Assembly: GCA_964637295.1 (NCBI GenBank)
Contig: CAZWWE010000001.1
Coordinates: 20,327 to 84,326 of the forward strand
Source: an uncultured Pseudomonadales bacterium
GTDB lineage: Bacteria; Patescibacteriota; Microgenomatia; UBA1400; PJMF01
Length of the DNA stretch: 64,000 nt
Direction of reading: 5' to 3'
Shown: piece after piece, positions 46,553-56,612 of the stretch
How the letters are laid out: every line of letters begins with the position of its first letter
Position numbering within the stretch: the first letter of the stretch is position 1
Made by a program: the position numbers and the translations under genes
Notes under the pieces: model-generated
What the model saw: the letters and a program-made list of their open reading frames with translations, nothing else
The model's database searches: none
What the model was told of the DNA's origin: nothing

Positions 46553-47296
46553 GTGCAAAATATTTTAATCAATGAAGTTCACCCCAATCCCAATGATGGA
46601 CATGAGTGGATCGAATTATATCTCAATGATGATAACGAGCCCAATTCGACACTTGAAAACTATAGTTTATTTGATAACGCCAAAAGAATTTATCTTTTTA
46701 GCAATGAGCAATTTGTTAATCAATTTTTGGTAGTAGAAGTTAGTGGCTTAAATAATGATGCCGATCAAGTATTGCTCAAAAATTCTTTGGGTGAAATCGT
46801 GGATGAAATGGCTTATCAGTCCACACAAAAAGCGCAAAGTTGGTCAAGAATAGAAAATTCCACTCAATTTGTCTTAAGCCCAGCCACCGCGTGGACTGAA
46901 AATTTTTCCAGTCAAATTACGCCTACTTCTTCTATTAGTCCAACTCCATCAACCAGTGCTACCCCTTCTTATACTCTTAGTCCTACGCCCACCAATGTAA
47001 AACAGAGTAATGAAGATCCTAATTCTTTAGTTACAACAGAAGAAAAAAAGATACAAAATATAAAATCTGACTCTAAAAACGCAAAACTCAAAAAGTGGTT
47101 TGTAGAAAATTATCATTTAGAACAAATTCAACTGACTGATGCTCAAAAACCTCATCAAGAAAAATTATTGCGCCTAGTGATTCTGGGTCAAAACTTAGTC
47201 AAAGAGCCAACCATTAATGCTATAATTGGAGGACTATTGATTATTTCAGCTTCTCTTCTATTACTTTATGTCAAAATTAAAAACAAACACTTTTAA
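46553..47296 (+). CDS. Lamin-tail-domain surface protein with Ser/Thr/Pro linker and C-terminal TM
   Basis: ILINEVHPNP...EWIELY, LNN..D.V.L, TPTS repeats. Confidence 0.8.
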   Translation: MQNILINEVHPNPNDGHEWIELYLNDDNEPNSTLENYSLFDNAKRIYLFSNEQFVNQFLVVEVSGLNNDADQVLLKNSLGEIVDEMAYQSTQKAQSWSRIENSTQFVLSPATAWTENFSSQITPTSSISPTPSTSATPSYTLSPTPTNVKQSNEDPNSLVTTEEKKIQNIKSDSKNAKLKKWFVENYHLEQIQLTDAQKPHQEKLLRLVILGQNLVKEPTINAIIGGLLIISASLLLLYVKIKNKHF

Positions 47297-47660
47297 AAAT
47301 TATGTGTTTGCTTATCTACCTCCTTCATTATGGGCCTTAGTGATTTTCTTTTTATCAAATCAAGAAGTTTTACCTGGTTTTACCGTTTCAATCTATGATT
47401 TTATTTTCAAAAAAGCTGCTCACATGTTTGTTTATGCTATTCTTTATCTGTTGTTGTTTAGAGCTTACCTGGTCACTCAAAGCAGTCATGCTAATAGCAA
47501 AAAGCAATACCTCATTCCCATCGCGCTTGGCCTGGTTTATGCCATTACTGACGAACTGCACCAAAGCTTAGTCCCCGGTCGTCATGCCAGTCCTAGAGAT
47601 TTGCTTTATGATTCACTCGGCATGACAACTGTCTTGTTGCATCAATTAAAATTGATCTAA
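47268..47660 (+). CDS. VanZ family protein
   Basis: IFFLS, KKAAHMFVYAIL, YAITDELHQSLVPGR...D. Confidence 0.9.
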   Translation: MSKLKTNTFKNYVFAYLPPSLWALVIFFLSNQEVLPGFTVSIYDFIFKKAAHMFVYAILYLLLFRAYLVTQSSHANSKKQYLIPIALGLVYAITDELHQSLVPGRHASPRDLLYDSLGMTTVLLHQLKLI

Positions 47661-47755
47661 TTACTCCTTGACTTAATCAAGTAAAATAGTAAACTTGAGA
47701 AACAATATCAACGGGTTCATCAAGCAAAATGAACAAATTTTTATAGAAAGGCATC

Positions 47756-48031
47756 ATGACTAAATCAGATTTAATCAATGTTGTTGCTAAAAAAGCTCAT
47801 CTGACCAAAAAAGCTTCTTTTGAAGCTGTGGAAGCCATGTTTGAAGAAGTGATTAGAAGTTTGAAAAAGGGTGACAAAGTTGTTTTATCTGGCTTTGGCA
47901 CTTTTTATGTAAACAAAGTCAATGATAAACACGTTGAGCCTTTCGGTGATAAAGCTAAGAGACAAGTCGTCAAAGCTCATAAAGTGATTAACTTCCGTGT
48001 TGGCAAACCTTTGAAAAAAGAGATTTGGTAA
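47756..48031 (+). CDS. hup: HU family DNA-binding protein
   Basis: MTKSDLI..VA, L.KGDKV.L.GFGTF, F..GK.LK. Confidence 0.92.
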   Translation: MTKSDLINVVAKKAHLTKKASFEAVEAMFEEVIRSLKKGDKVVLSGFGTFYVNKVNDKHVEPFGDKAKRQVVKAHKVINFRVGKPLKKEIW

Positions 48032-48081
48032 GCTTTGCTTTTTATAGCACCTAAGGCTTTGTCACACTAGACTAAAAATTG

Positions 48082-48111
48082 AAAAAACCCGCTTAAAAAA
48101 GCGGGTTTTTT
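48082..48111. terminator. Bidirectional intrinsic terminator
   Basis: AAAAAACCCGCTT-AAAA-AAGCGGGTTTTTT between convergent hup and rpsI. Confidence 0.9.
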
Positions 48112-48149
48112 GATTACAAAAAAATAAGTTTTAACGCGAAAAATATATT

Positions 48150-48665
48150 TTAACGCTTTGGAGATTGACGCTTTCTACGAGCTTTGCCACCCATTCCAAT
48201 TTTGCGCGTTTCTTTCATACGATCATCTCTTGAAAGTAAACCAGCTGGTTTCAAAAAAGTACGAAATTCAGGATTAAATTTTGTTAGAGCTCTGGCTACA
48301 CCATTTAAAAGGGCGTCAAGTTGAGCTTCAATTCCAGATCCAGAAATTTTAGCACTCACTGCAAACTTGCCTTTAGTGCCGGTTAGCTCAAAAGGTTTCA
48401 TGTACAAAGTTGCTACGTTTCTGATGTTGGCAAAATATTCAGATACCAAACTATTATTGACCACAAAATCACCTTGACCTTCATAAATACGCACTCTAGC
48501 CGTAGCCACTTTACGACGGCCGATGCCTTCTGTGTATTTGGTTTTAGGAAATTTGAAATTCTTTTCAACTTCAGCAGTTTTTTTATGAATACTAACAGCT
48601 GGTGTAATAATTTTCTTAATTACTTTTTTTGCCTTAGTATTTTTCTTATTCATTCTTATTGCCAT
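48150..48665 (-). CDS. rpsI: 30S ribosomal protein S9 (N-terminal extension)
   Basis: GRRKVATARV, L.RDDR.KE.RK, ARRKRQSPKR. Confidence 0.96.
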   Translation of the reverse strand: MAIRMNKKNTKAKKVIKKIITPAVSIHKKTAEVEKNFKFPKTKYTEGIGRRKVATARVRIYEGQGDFVVNNSLVSEYFANIRNVATLYMKPFELTGTKGKFAVSAKISGSGIEAQLDALLNGVARALTKFNPEFRTFLKPAGLLSRDDRMKETRKIGMGGKARRKRQSPKR

Positions 48666-48666
48666 A

Positions 48667-49101
48667 TTATTTTGCCTTTTTAATCATTCCTTGATATGGA
48701 TTTTCGCTGCCCAAAACAATTTTTAATCTATTCAAACGCTCACTGCGCAAACGATTTTTAGGCAACATGTTTTTGACTGCGTGTTTAATCAATTTTTCAG
48801 GATTTTTAGCCAACATTTCAGTAAAATTACGTTGTTTGAGACCGCCTGGAAAACCACTGTGCCAAGAATAAATCTTGTTTTGAGCTTTATTTCTAGTCAC
48901 TTCAATTTTACTAGCATTGAGCAGCACTACGTAGTCTCCGCCATCAACATTGGGCGTATAAGTGACTTTATGCTTGCCAATTAATTTCTCCGCAATTTCT
49001 GTGGCCAAGCGACCCAAAACTTTACCGGTCGCATCATACTCGAGCCACTCTCGTTGCACAGTTTCTTTTTTTTGAATAAAAGTCTTTAATTTTTGAAACA
49101 T
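48667..49101 (-). CDS. rplM: 50S ribosomal protein L13
   Basis: DATGKVLGRLA, GKHK..YTPNVDGGD, MLPKNRL. Confidence 0.97.
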   Translation of the reverse strand: MFQKLKTFIQKKETVQREWLEYDATGKVLGRLATEIAEKLIGKHKVTYTPNVDGGDYVVLLNASKIEVTRNKAQNKIYSWHSGFPGGLKQRNFTEMLAKNPEKLIKHAVKNMLPKNRLRSERLNRLKIVLGSENPYQGMIKKAK

Positions 49102-49628
49102 TATTTTTTCTCCTCTGATTTTTTGGCTTTGCTAGCAACAACTTTCTTAGCTGGAGCTTTTTTGGCTGAAACCTTCTTAGCTGGAACTTTTTTAGCTGGA
49201 GCCTCGACTTTAGTTTCAATTTTTTGATCAGCAATTTTTTCTTTTTTCAAAGAAGTTAGTTTGAGATCTCCAGTTAACAACGATAGTTTGAAAACAACAG
49301 TGTTATCTCCACGTCTGGGAGCTAGTTTTTCTAAAGCAGTAAAACCAGACTTTTTACCACCAAAGCTCGGAGCAATTTTGTCCACCAAAGTATTGACTAC
49401 ATCTCTTCTGCCAAAAAACTTGTGCAATTCACGACGGGCAGCTAAAGTATTTTGTGAAGCTAGCGCAATTAATTTATCTGCCAATCTTCTCACTTCTTTT
49501 GTTCTAGTTTCGCTAGTTTTAATTTCTCCATGCTTAAATAAATCGCGCAAAAGATTTTTCAACAAAGCCTTACGACTTGAATTATCTCGATTGAAATGTT
49601 TAGCTTTTACTCTGTGTTTCATAATCAA
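49101..49628 (-). CDS. rplQ: 50S ribosomal protein L17 (Lys/Ala-rich tail)
   Basis: MKHR...R.S.RKALLKNL, RRGD; start probably 49622. Confidence 0.95.
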   Translation of the reverse strand: MIMKHRVKAKHFNRDNSSRKALLKNLLRDLFKHGEIKTSETRTKEVRRLADKLIALASQNTLAARRELHKFFGRRDVVNTLVDKIAPSFGGKKSGFTALEKLAPRRGDNTVVFKLSLLTGDLKLTSLKKEKIADQKIETKVEAPAKKVPAKKVSAKKAPAKKVVASKAKKSEEKK

Positions 49629-49639
49629 CTTTCAAAAAA

Positions 49640-50584
49640 TTAATCGGTAAGAACAACTCCTTTTTTGCTTAAAGCCTCTTCAATTAAATCAATACTTTTA
49701 CCGCCCAAGTTCTTAACTCGAGAAATTTCATCTTTAGGTGATCTGGTTAAATCTGCCACCGTTTCAAAACCACCTTTGCGAAGAGCGTTGGCAATTCTAG
49801 TAGGTAAGTCAAGTTCTTCTACTGTGAGTTTCATCGTCTCTACTTCTTCTGGACTCATGCTGATTAATTCTTCCTCAGTTGCCTTGACCACTGGATTTAC
49901 AATTTGATTAAATTGGGCGATTAAAATTTGTGCAGCTTGTTGGATCGCTTCTAAAGGCGAAATAGAACCATTGGTTTCAATATCAAAAACAATTTTATCA
50001 AAATCAGTGCGACGACCAACGCGGGTAGCCTCCACTTTGTAAGAAACTTTAATGACTGGCGAAAATAGAGCGTCAACTGCCATTTGACCAACCGTTTCGG
50101 TTTCAATTTCATTGGCCAATTTATAGCCAACGCCAGATTCCACGATCATTTCAACATTCAAAGCTTTGCCTTTGGCTAAAGTGGCTAGGTGCAAATCTGG
50201 ATTCATAATCTCGAAACCAGCCTCACACTCTACATCAGCAGCACTAACTTCTTTAGGCCCTTTGACATTAAGGCGTAAAATCCCACTTTCCGCCTCATCG
50301 GCTTTGATACGAATTTGTTTAAGATTTAAAATAAATTCCACCACATCTTCAGTCATGCCTTCAAAAGAAGTAAATTGATGAGTAACTCCATCAATACTAA
50401 CCTTAGTGATGGCAACACCAGGCAAAGAAGTTAGTAAAACTCGACGCAAAGCGTTTCCCAAAGTGTGTCCGTAACCACTTTCCAAAGCTTCGATCACGAT
50501 AGTGGATCGATATTGATTACTTTCGACTTCCACTACACTAAAATTGGGGTTCATGACTGCATAATTTTTAATTTTATTTGACAT
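49640..50584 (-). CDS. rpoA: RNA polymerase alpha subunit (start 50584 or 50554)
   Basis: LESGYGHTLGNALRRVLL, DALFSPV, NLGGKS. Confidence 0.97.
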   Translation of the reverse strand: MSNKIKNYAVMNPNFSVVEVESNQYRSTIVIEALESGYGHTLGNALRRVLLTSLPGVAITKVSIDGVTHQFTSFEGMTEDVVEFILNLKQIRIKADEAESGILRLNVKGPKEVSAADVECEAGFEIMNPDLHLATLAKGKALNVEMIVESGVGYKLANEIETETVGQMAVDALFSPVIKVSYKVEATRVGRRTDFDKIVFDIETNGSISPLEAIQQAAQILIAQFNQIVNPVVKATEEELISMSPEEVETMKLTVEELDLPTRIANALRKGGFETVADLTRSPKDEISRVKNLGGKSIDLIEEALSKKGVVLTD

Positions 50585-50643
50585 ATTTTCCTTTGTTTCA
50601 TCTCTCTCCAAAGTGGAGAAATCCGTTTCCGTAATTGATAATT

Positions 50644-51249
50644 TTATCTATTGTAATATTCGACGATCAACTGTTCATTGATTTTTTCTGTCACATCTTC
50701 ACGATTAGGTAATTTACTAACGTGGGCAGCTCCATTTTTGGCTTCTAACCAACTGGGCAGCTTCACTTCTTGTTTCATGGCTTCTGCCACTGCCGGAATT
50801 TTAGCAGTTTTGGCTTTCATGGTTAAAACATCACCCACTTTTAGCTGATAAGAAGGAATATTCATCTTCTTACCATTGACGGTAAAATGGTCATGATTGA
50901 CTAATTGACGCGCTGCTGCTCGAGTAGGAGCCCAACCCAAACGATAAACCACATTGTCGATTCTTCTCTCCAAGAAACTCAACATAGCGGTACCAGTTGC
51001 AGCTGGATTTTTACTGGCTTTCTCATAAATAGCGTGCAATTGTTTCTCAAGAATACCATAAATATATTTCAATTTTTGTTTTTCCTTGAGTTGCTCACCA
51101 TAATTAGATAATTTGCGATGTCCTTTAGCTCCATGCTGACCAGGTCGATTAGCTAAACGACGAGCAGTTTTGAGCGCATTGGTCTTGAGACCTAAATCTT
51201 CGCCAATTTGTCTCTGTAGTCTTTGTTTTGGGCCAATATATCTTGCCAT
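50644..51249 (-). CDS. rpsD: 30S ribosomal protein S4
   Basis: MARYIGP, QLKEKQK, LERRIDNVVYRLG, IVEYYNR. Confidence 0.97.
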   Translation of the reverse strand: MARYIGPKQRLQRQIGEDLGLKTNALKTARRLANRPGQHGAKGHRKLSNYGEQLKEKQKLKYIYGILEKQLHAIYEKASKNPAATGTAMLSFLERRIDNVVYRLGWAPTRAAARQLVNHDHFTVNGKKMNIPSYQLKVGDVLTMKAKTAKIPAVAEAMKQEVKLPSWLEAKNGAAHVSKLPNREDVTEKINEQLIVEYYNR

Positions 51250-51250
51250 A

Positions 51251-51646
51251 TTAGTGTCTAGCCTTTCTTGAGCGAGTGCCATTGTGAGGCACTGGAGTCA
51301 GGTCAGCGATCATGGAAACTTTAATACCTTGAGCGCGTAAAACTCTGAGCGCCACATCTCTACCTGGACCTGGACCTTTAATGAAAACATCCATCTTGTT
51401 CATTCCATAATTTTTGGCTTTATTAATGGCATTTTCTAAAGTCACCGTAGCAGCGTAAGGAGTTGATTTACGAGAACCAGAAAAACCAGCTTCACCGGTG
51501 CTAGCCCAACATAAAACCGCGCCTTGTTCATCAGTAATACTTACCAAAGTATTATTAAAAGTAGCACTCACATAAAGTCTACCCGATGGAACCACGCGAG
51601 TGACTTTCTTTTTTTGATTTTTCTTGATTTGTTTAGCCATAGCCAT
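51251..51646 (-). CDS. rpsK: 30S ribosomal protein S11
   Basis: ATFNNT, GSRKSTPYAA, KGPGPGR, TPVPHNG. Confidence 0.97.
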   Translation of the reverse strand: MAMAKQIKKNQKKKVTRVVPSGRLYVSATFNNTLVSITDEQGAVLCWASTGEAGFSGSRKSTPYAATVTLENAINKAKNYGMNKMDVFIKGPGPGRDVALRVLRAQGIKVSMIADLTPVPHNGTRSRKARH

Positions 51647-51660
51647 TGTTTAATTAATTA

Positions 51661-52059
51661 TTATTTTTTAGCTTCTTCAACTTTAGCCGCTGCCTCTTTA
51701 CTCAAGGCACCGATTGTTTTCTTTGCACCTCTTTTAGTACGCGCATTGGATTTGGTTCTTTGTCCTCTGACTGGCAAACCAGCGATGTGACGTAAACCAC
51801 GATAAGCATGAATTCTTTTGAGACGAGAAATATTGTCATTGATTTCTCTGCGCAAATCACCTTCAATCATAATTTTATCCAAAGCTGCTTGAATACGATT
51901 GATTTCTTCAGAACTTAATTCATTAGCTCTTTTATCAGGATTGATTTTGGTTTTAGCCACAATTTCATCGGCTATTTTTGGACCCACACCAAAAATATAA
52001 CGCAGTGCGTAAGGCACTTTTTTATGATCAGGTAAATCTTGTCCAGCAATACGTGGCAT
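51661..52059 (-). CDS. rpsM: 30S ribosomal protein S13
   Basis: MPRIAG, YRGLRH..GLPVRGQRTKSNART; ATG at 52059. Confidence 0.97.
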   Translation of the reverse strand: MPRIAGQDLPDHKKVPYALRYIFGVGPKIADEIVAKTKINPDKRANELSSEEINRIQAALDKIMIEGDLRREINDNISRLKRIHAYRGLRHIAGLPVRGQRTKSNARTKRGAKKTIGALSKEAAAKVEEAKK

Positions 52060-52063
52060 ATTT

Positions 52064-52177
52064 TTATCCTTGTCGTTGTTTGTGCTTAGGATTACTACAA
52101 ATAACAAAAAGCACTCCTTTGCGCTTCACGAACTTGCAATTAATGCACATTTTCTTTAATGATGCTTTAACTTTCAT
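52064..52177 (-). CDS. rpmJ: 50S ribosomal protein L36
   Basis: [37 protein letters not shown]; below the ORF-track cutoff. Confidence 0.97.
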   Translation of the reverse strand: MKVKASLKKMCINCKFVKRKGVLFVICSNPKHKQRQG

Positions 52178-52269
52178 AATAATAACAATAGGCTTTGCAA
52201 TATACCTCATAAAAGTGACTTTTTGAAGAGGCAATTGCAAGCCAATTAAGTTCTGCTTTATCGCTTAAT

Positions 52270-52593
52270 TTATATTTTTTCTTTGCTACTTCGATAAGTA
52301 ACTTTACACTTAGTCAAATCATATTTGGAGACATAGCCTTTGACATAATCTCCAGGCATGACTCTAATACGATATAAACGCATCTTACCAGCCAAAGTGC
52401 CCAGTAGCATTCGGTCTACCATTTGTGCAACAGTCGACTCAAGCACTTTGATGCGAAACATGGTGTTTGGTAAACAGTCCACTACTTCGCCCACTATTTC
52501 AAAACGATCAGTCTGGCTATCGGCGCTATGAAGCGTAAAATCAACTTGTCTTTTGACTTTTGAGCTTCTCTTGTGATCCTGTACTTTTCCCAT
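52270..52593 (-). CDS. infA: Translation initiation factor IF-1 (extended, divergent)
   Basis: G.V.DCLPNTMFR, GKMR...IRV.PGD.V, YDLTK..VTYR; located between adk and rpmJ. Confidence 0.88.
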   Translation of the reverse strand: MGKVQDHKRSSKVKRQVDFTLHSADSQTDRFEIVGEVVDCLPNTMFRIKVLESTVAQMVDRMLLGTLAGKMRLYRIRVMPGDYVKGYVSKYDLTKCKVTYRSSKEKI

Positions 52594-52664
52594 AGATTTA
52601 TTTTTTCAAAGTAACCGAAGTATTATACCAGATTTGAAAAAAAAATCACAATGGCTTCAAGAAA

Positions 52665-53228
52665 TTACTCTTTTTTAGCGCTAATTTTTTCAACTTTTTC
52701 GACAATTTGTGCGAAAACTTCTTCAACTGATTTCTCTCCATCTACTACGGCCAAATGTTTACGTTCGGCATAATAATCTAAAACTTTGGAGGTTTTTTCA
52801 TGAAATAAATCAATTCTTTTGCGGATCGCCTGGAGAGTTTCATCTTCACGATCACTCACTCTGCCAGAAATTCTCCATAGAGCTTCTTTATCTGATACAT
52901 CAAGTAAAATAGTAATTTCTTCACCTTTGGTGAATTGCTGGAAAGCTTCTGCTTGTGGAACGGTGCGTGGAAAACCATCTAGAATAAAACCGTTTTTATA
53001 TTCACTCTTTTGCAAATACTCCATTACTATATCGACAGTTTTGTCGTCAGGAATTAAATAACCAGCATTGAGAGTTTCTTTGAGGAAACGTCCAAGAGCT
53101 GTTTTTTCTTTGGCCATTTCTCTAAACACGTGACCAGAAGATAAATAAGGCACTTGATATTTCTCTGAAAGCAAATTTCCTTGAGTCGATTTACCGGCAC
53201 CTTGAATACCTACTAAAACTAATTGCAT
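52665..53228 (-). CDS. adk: Adenylate kinase (short-lid type)
   Basis: GIQGAGKSTQ, GFILDGFPRT, R.DE...IRKR. Confidence 0.93.
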   Translation of the reverse strand: MQLVLVGIQGAGKSTQGNLLSEKYQVPYLSSGHVFREMAKEKTALGRFLKETLNAGYLIPDDKTVDIVMEYLQKSEYKNGFILDGFPRTVPQAEAFQQFTKGEEITILLDVSDKEALWRISGRVSDREDETLQAIRKRIDLFHEKTSKVLDYYAERKHLAVVDGEKSVEEVFAQIVEKVEKISAKKE

Positions 53229-53257
53229 ATTAGTGACTCCTTTGTGGACTTAATATT

Positions 53258-54544
53258 TTAGGAATATTTCTCATAATTTTCACTTAATAATTGCGCATTA
53301 ATTTGCTTCGCAGTTTCCAAAATTACAGACACTACGATCAAAACACTGGTACCACCAATCGCCAAAGATTGAATATTGGTTAGAATCTGAGCCAAGTTTG
53401 GTAAGATCGCAATGGTCGCCAAAAAAAGTGCTCCAGCAAAAGTAATTCTGGTCACTACAAATTCGAGAAATTTCTTGGTAGGATTGCCTGGTCTAATACC
53501 AGGAATAAAAGCGCCGCTTTTCTTAAGCTCTGAAGCAATGTCGCCTGCATTAAAGAAAATAATCGCAGAAAAAAAGCTAAAAACAAAGACCAAACAAAAA
53601 TAACTAAGCAAATAAGCAGGTGAACTTTGGCTCAGGTGCACTGTGATCCATTCACCAATATTGACCAAAGTGGAATTCTTGGCCAAAACCAATAGTCTGC
53701 CAGCAAAAGCAGGTAACATCATTAGCGAAACTGCAAAAATTATTGGCATTACTCCGGCAACATTAACTTTGATTGGTAAATGAGTTTGCTGGCCACCATA
53801 TTGTTTACCTCCTCTAATTCTCTTGGCGTATTGAATTGGCACCTTGCGCACCGCCTCATTCATGAAAACCACTGTCCAAATGACGGCCACCAATAAAAAA
53901 AGTGTCACTGCTAAGGAAACTAAATCAATCGTATCGATTAAAGTAAAAAATGAAGCCAAACTAGAGGGAATTTGGCTCACAATACCTGCTAGCAAAATCA
54001 TGGAAATACCATTACCAATGCCTTTTTCATTAATGACTTCACCAAGCCACATCATCACCATGGCTCCAGCCACCAAAGTAGCAACTACTACAATCATGTT
54101 GGCTAAATTGGCTTGCACCAAAAGATTTTGTGAATTGAGTAAAGCAATCACTGAAATGGCTTGCACTACGGCAATTGGCACAGCCGCCAGACGCATATAT
54201 TGATTGAGCTGAGCGCGAGACGCTTCGCCTTCTTTTTGCATCTCTTTGATTTTGGGAATCACCATGCCTAAAAGCTGCATAATGATCGAGGCAGTGATAT
54301 AGGGATTGATCCCCACTGCAACAATCGAAAAATTAGCCAAAGTGCCACCAGAAAAAATATTCAAAAAATTTAAAAATTGACTGGAAGCAAATAGAAATTT
54401 AAGTTGAGAAATATCTACCACTGGCACTGGCACGTGAGCTAAAACTCTGGTAAGAGCAAAAATAGCTAGAGTAAATAAGAGCTTGTTTTTAAGCTGCGGA
54501 TTGGCAAGAATCGCTTGAATTTTATTTAAAAATTTTTCCATCAA
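53258..54544 (-). CDS. secY: Preprotein translocase SecY
   Basis: GINPYITASIIMQLL, GIGNGIS, GAFIPGIRPG, GGTSVLIVV. Confidence 0.98.
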   Translation of the reverse strand: MMEKFLNKIQAILANPQLKNKLLFTLAIFALTRVLAHVPVPVVDISQLKFLFASSQFLNFLNIFSGGTLANFSIVAVGINPYITASIIMQLLGMVIPKIKEMQKEGEASRAQLNQYMRLAAVPIAVVQAISVIALLNSQNLLVQANLANMIVVVATLVAGAMVMMWLGEVINEKGIGNGISMILLAGIVSQIPSSLASFFTLIDTIDLVSLAVTLFLLVAVIWTVVFMNEAVRKVPIQYAKRIRGGKQYGGQQTHLPIKVNVAGVMPIIFAVSLMMLPAFAGRLLVLAKNSTLVNIGEWITVHLSQSSPAYLLSYFCLVFVFSFFSAIIFFNAGDIASELKKSGAFIPGIRPGNPTKKFLEFVVTRITFAGALFLATIAILPNLAQILTNIQSLAIGGTSVLIVVSVILETAKQINAQLLSENYEKYS

Positions 54545-54599
54545 TACTACGATGAGCTTTGTATTTTAAAACAAAAACTAGTACAAAAGCAAGTACTTT

Positions 54600-55046
54600 T
54601 TAAGACTCAATTGTGCCACCCAAATCTTCAATCGCTTTTTTAGCAGCGGCGGAAACAGCAATTCCTTTTAAATTAATTTTTTTGTTTAATTTGCCTTTGC
54701 TGATGACCTTAACTTTTTTGAAACGTGAATCAATAAGGCGATTTAATTTTAAAGAATCTACTGTCAAATCGGTTAATTCAATTTTATTTAAATCATCGAA
54801 AGTTAATTCGGCGCAAGCGCTTAAACTCTTGAAACGGCCTTTACCTCGCCACATTGGAATTCTTTTAGAAAGTGGTAACGCACCACCCTCGAACCACAAT
54901 GGCACTTTAGAACCAACGCGAGATTTTTGACCCTTCTGACCTCTAGAGGAAGTGTGTCCACCTTTACCAGAACCATAACCGCGACCCAAGCGTTTTTTGC
55001 TTCTAGTAGTAATTTTGGTCAGTGAACTTAATATTGACATGATCAA
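54600..55046 (-). CDS. rplO: 50S ribosomal protein L15
   Basis: RLGRGYGSGKG, GQKGQKSR, FEGG. Confidence 0.96.
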   Translation of the reverse strand: MIMSILSSLTKITTRSKKRLGRGYGSGKGGHTSSRGQKGQKSRVGSKVPLWFEGGALPLSKRIPMWRGKGRFKSLSACAELTFDDLNKIELTDLTVDSLKLNRLIDSRFKKVKVISKGKLNKKINLKGIAVSAAAKKAIEDLGGTIES

Positions 55047-55049
55047 TCC

Positions 55050-55679
55050 TTATTTAGCAGCAGCTTTTTTAACCGCTGGTTTTTTAACAACAACTTTTTT
55101 AGCTGTTACTTCATTTTTAGCAGCTGTTTCTTTGGCCTGTTTTTGCAATTCTTCCATCTTCTTACGTTCTTCTTCTTCAATATCTGAAATCGAACGTAAT
55201 TTAATCCCTTTAATCTCCACAATTTTAGAAATTTGCTTCAGGGCTTCAAAAGTTGCGTATACGCTGGAAGCCTGATTATCACTGCCCATGATTTTGCAGG
55301 TGATATCTCTAACTCCAGCTGCTTCAACTACGGCTCGAACTGGACCACCAGCAATCACCCCAGTCCCTTTACTTGATGGTTTTAGCATCACTCTTCCAGC
55401 ACCTTTCTTGACGGTAATGGCAAAAGGAATAGTGGTGCCATCAAGAGGAATATTAATTAATTTTTTCTTGGCTTTTTTAACAGATTTTTTAATAGCAGCT
55501 AAAACATCACCAGCTTTGCCCAAGCCCACACCAACCCTGCCTTTTTTATCACCCACCACCATCAACACGGAAAAACCAACTTTATTACCACCTTTGGTTT
55601 TTTTAGATACTCTAGAAATTTGAATAACTTTCTCTTCAAATTCCTTAACTTCTGGTTTACCGAAATTATCTCTGGACAT
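55050..55679 (-). CDS. rpsE: 30S ribosomal protein S5 (C-terminal extension)
   Basis: RVSKKTKGG, VVGD..GRVG.G.GKA, GTGVIAGG. Confidence 0.97.
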   Translation of the reverse strand: MSRDNFGKPEVKEFEEKVIQISRVSKKTKGGNKVGFSVLMVVGDKKGRVGVGLGKAGDVLAAIKKSVKKAKKKLINIPLDGTTIPFAITVKKGAGRVMLKPSSKGTGVIAGGPVRAVVEAAGVRDITCKIMGSDNQASSVYATFEALKQISKIVEIKGIKLRSISDIEEEERKKMEELQKQAKETAAKNEVTAKKVVVKKPAVKKAAAK

Positions 55680-55681
55680 AT

Positions 55682-56041
55682 TTATAATTTGATTCCACCT
55701 TCACGAAGAGTTTCAGCCACGGCTTTGACTCTACCATGATATTTATAATAAGAACGATCAAAAACCAAACTTGAAATCTTAGCTTTTTTAAGAGCAGCCA
55801 ATAAAACTTGACTGGTTGCCACAGCGCTGGCGGTTTTAGTAACTTTGTCTTTAGCATGCTTACTTAAATCGCTAGCACTAGCCAAAGTTTTGCCTGCTTG
55901 ATCATCAATCACTTGCAAGGAAATGTGTTGATTGGAACGAAAAACAGTCAATCGAGGACGTAAACTAGTGCCTACAATTTTGGCTCTAATACGTTTTTGA
56001 CGCTTAATTCTTTGTTTGTTTAATAATTTAATCTCTGACAT
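55682..56041 (-). CDS. rplR: 50S ribosomal protein L18
   Basis: RPRLTVFRSN.HI, VFDR..YKYHGRV. Confidence 0.97.
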   Translation of the reverse strand: MSEIKLLNKQRIKRQKRIRAKIVGTSLRPRLTVFRSNQHISLQVIDDQAGKTLASASDLSKHAKDKVTKTASAVATSQVLLAALKKAKISSLVFDRSYYKYHGRVKAVAETLREGGIKL

Positions 56042-56057
56042 GTTCTAGTTCCTCTGA

Positions 56058-56597
56058 TTATTTAGCAGCAGCTTTGCCTGGTTTCTTTTTGACAACTTCA
56101 TCGCTATAGCGAATACCTTTGCCTAAATAAGGTTCTGGTGGCTTAAGACCTCTAATGTTGGCTGCCACTTGGCCAACTAATTGTTTATCAATTCCTTCGA
56201 CATGAATGGTGTCATTACCTTCGACTTTGAAAGTCACTCCAGCAATGGCAGCCACATCAACTACGTGAGAAAAACCAAGCGTCATTGATAAGCCTGCACC
56301 TTTGGCGGTAACTCTATAACCTGTACCCACAAGTTTCAAAGTTTTGCGATAAGCATTGGCTACACCCTCAATATTGTTGGCCAATAAACTTCTCATTAAA
56401 CCATGATTAGCTCTGGTTTGCTGTTCATTGTTGGTACGAGAAAGAGCAATGCTATTATTTTCAATCTTAAGCAAAATATTGGGCATCATCGCCAATTTCA
56501 ATTCACCTTTTGGTCCCTTAGCGATAATTTGATCATCCGTGATCGTAACAGTCACTTGACTTGGAATGCTGATGATTTTTTTACCAATTTTTGACAT
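56058..56597 (-). CDS. rplF: 50S ribosomal protein L6
   Basis: MSKIGK, KGPKGEL, PPEPYLGKGIRY. Confidence 0.97.
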   Translation of the reverse strand: MSKIGKKIISIPSQVTVTITDDQIIAKGPKGELKLAMMPNILLKIENNSIALSRTNNEQQTRANHGLMRSLLANNIEGVANAYRKTLKLVGTGYRVTAKGAGLSMTLGFSHVVDVAAIAGVTFKVEGNDTIHVEGIDKQLVGQVAANIRGLKPPEPYLGKGIRYSDEVVKKKPGKAAAK

Positions 56598-56612
56598 ATT
56601 TTTTTAAAAACT

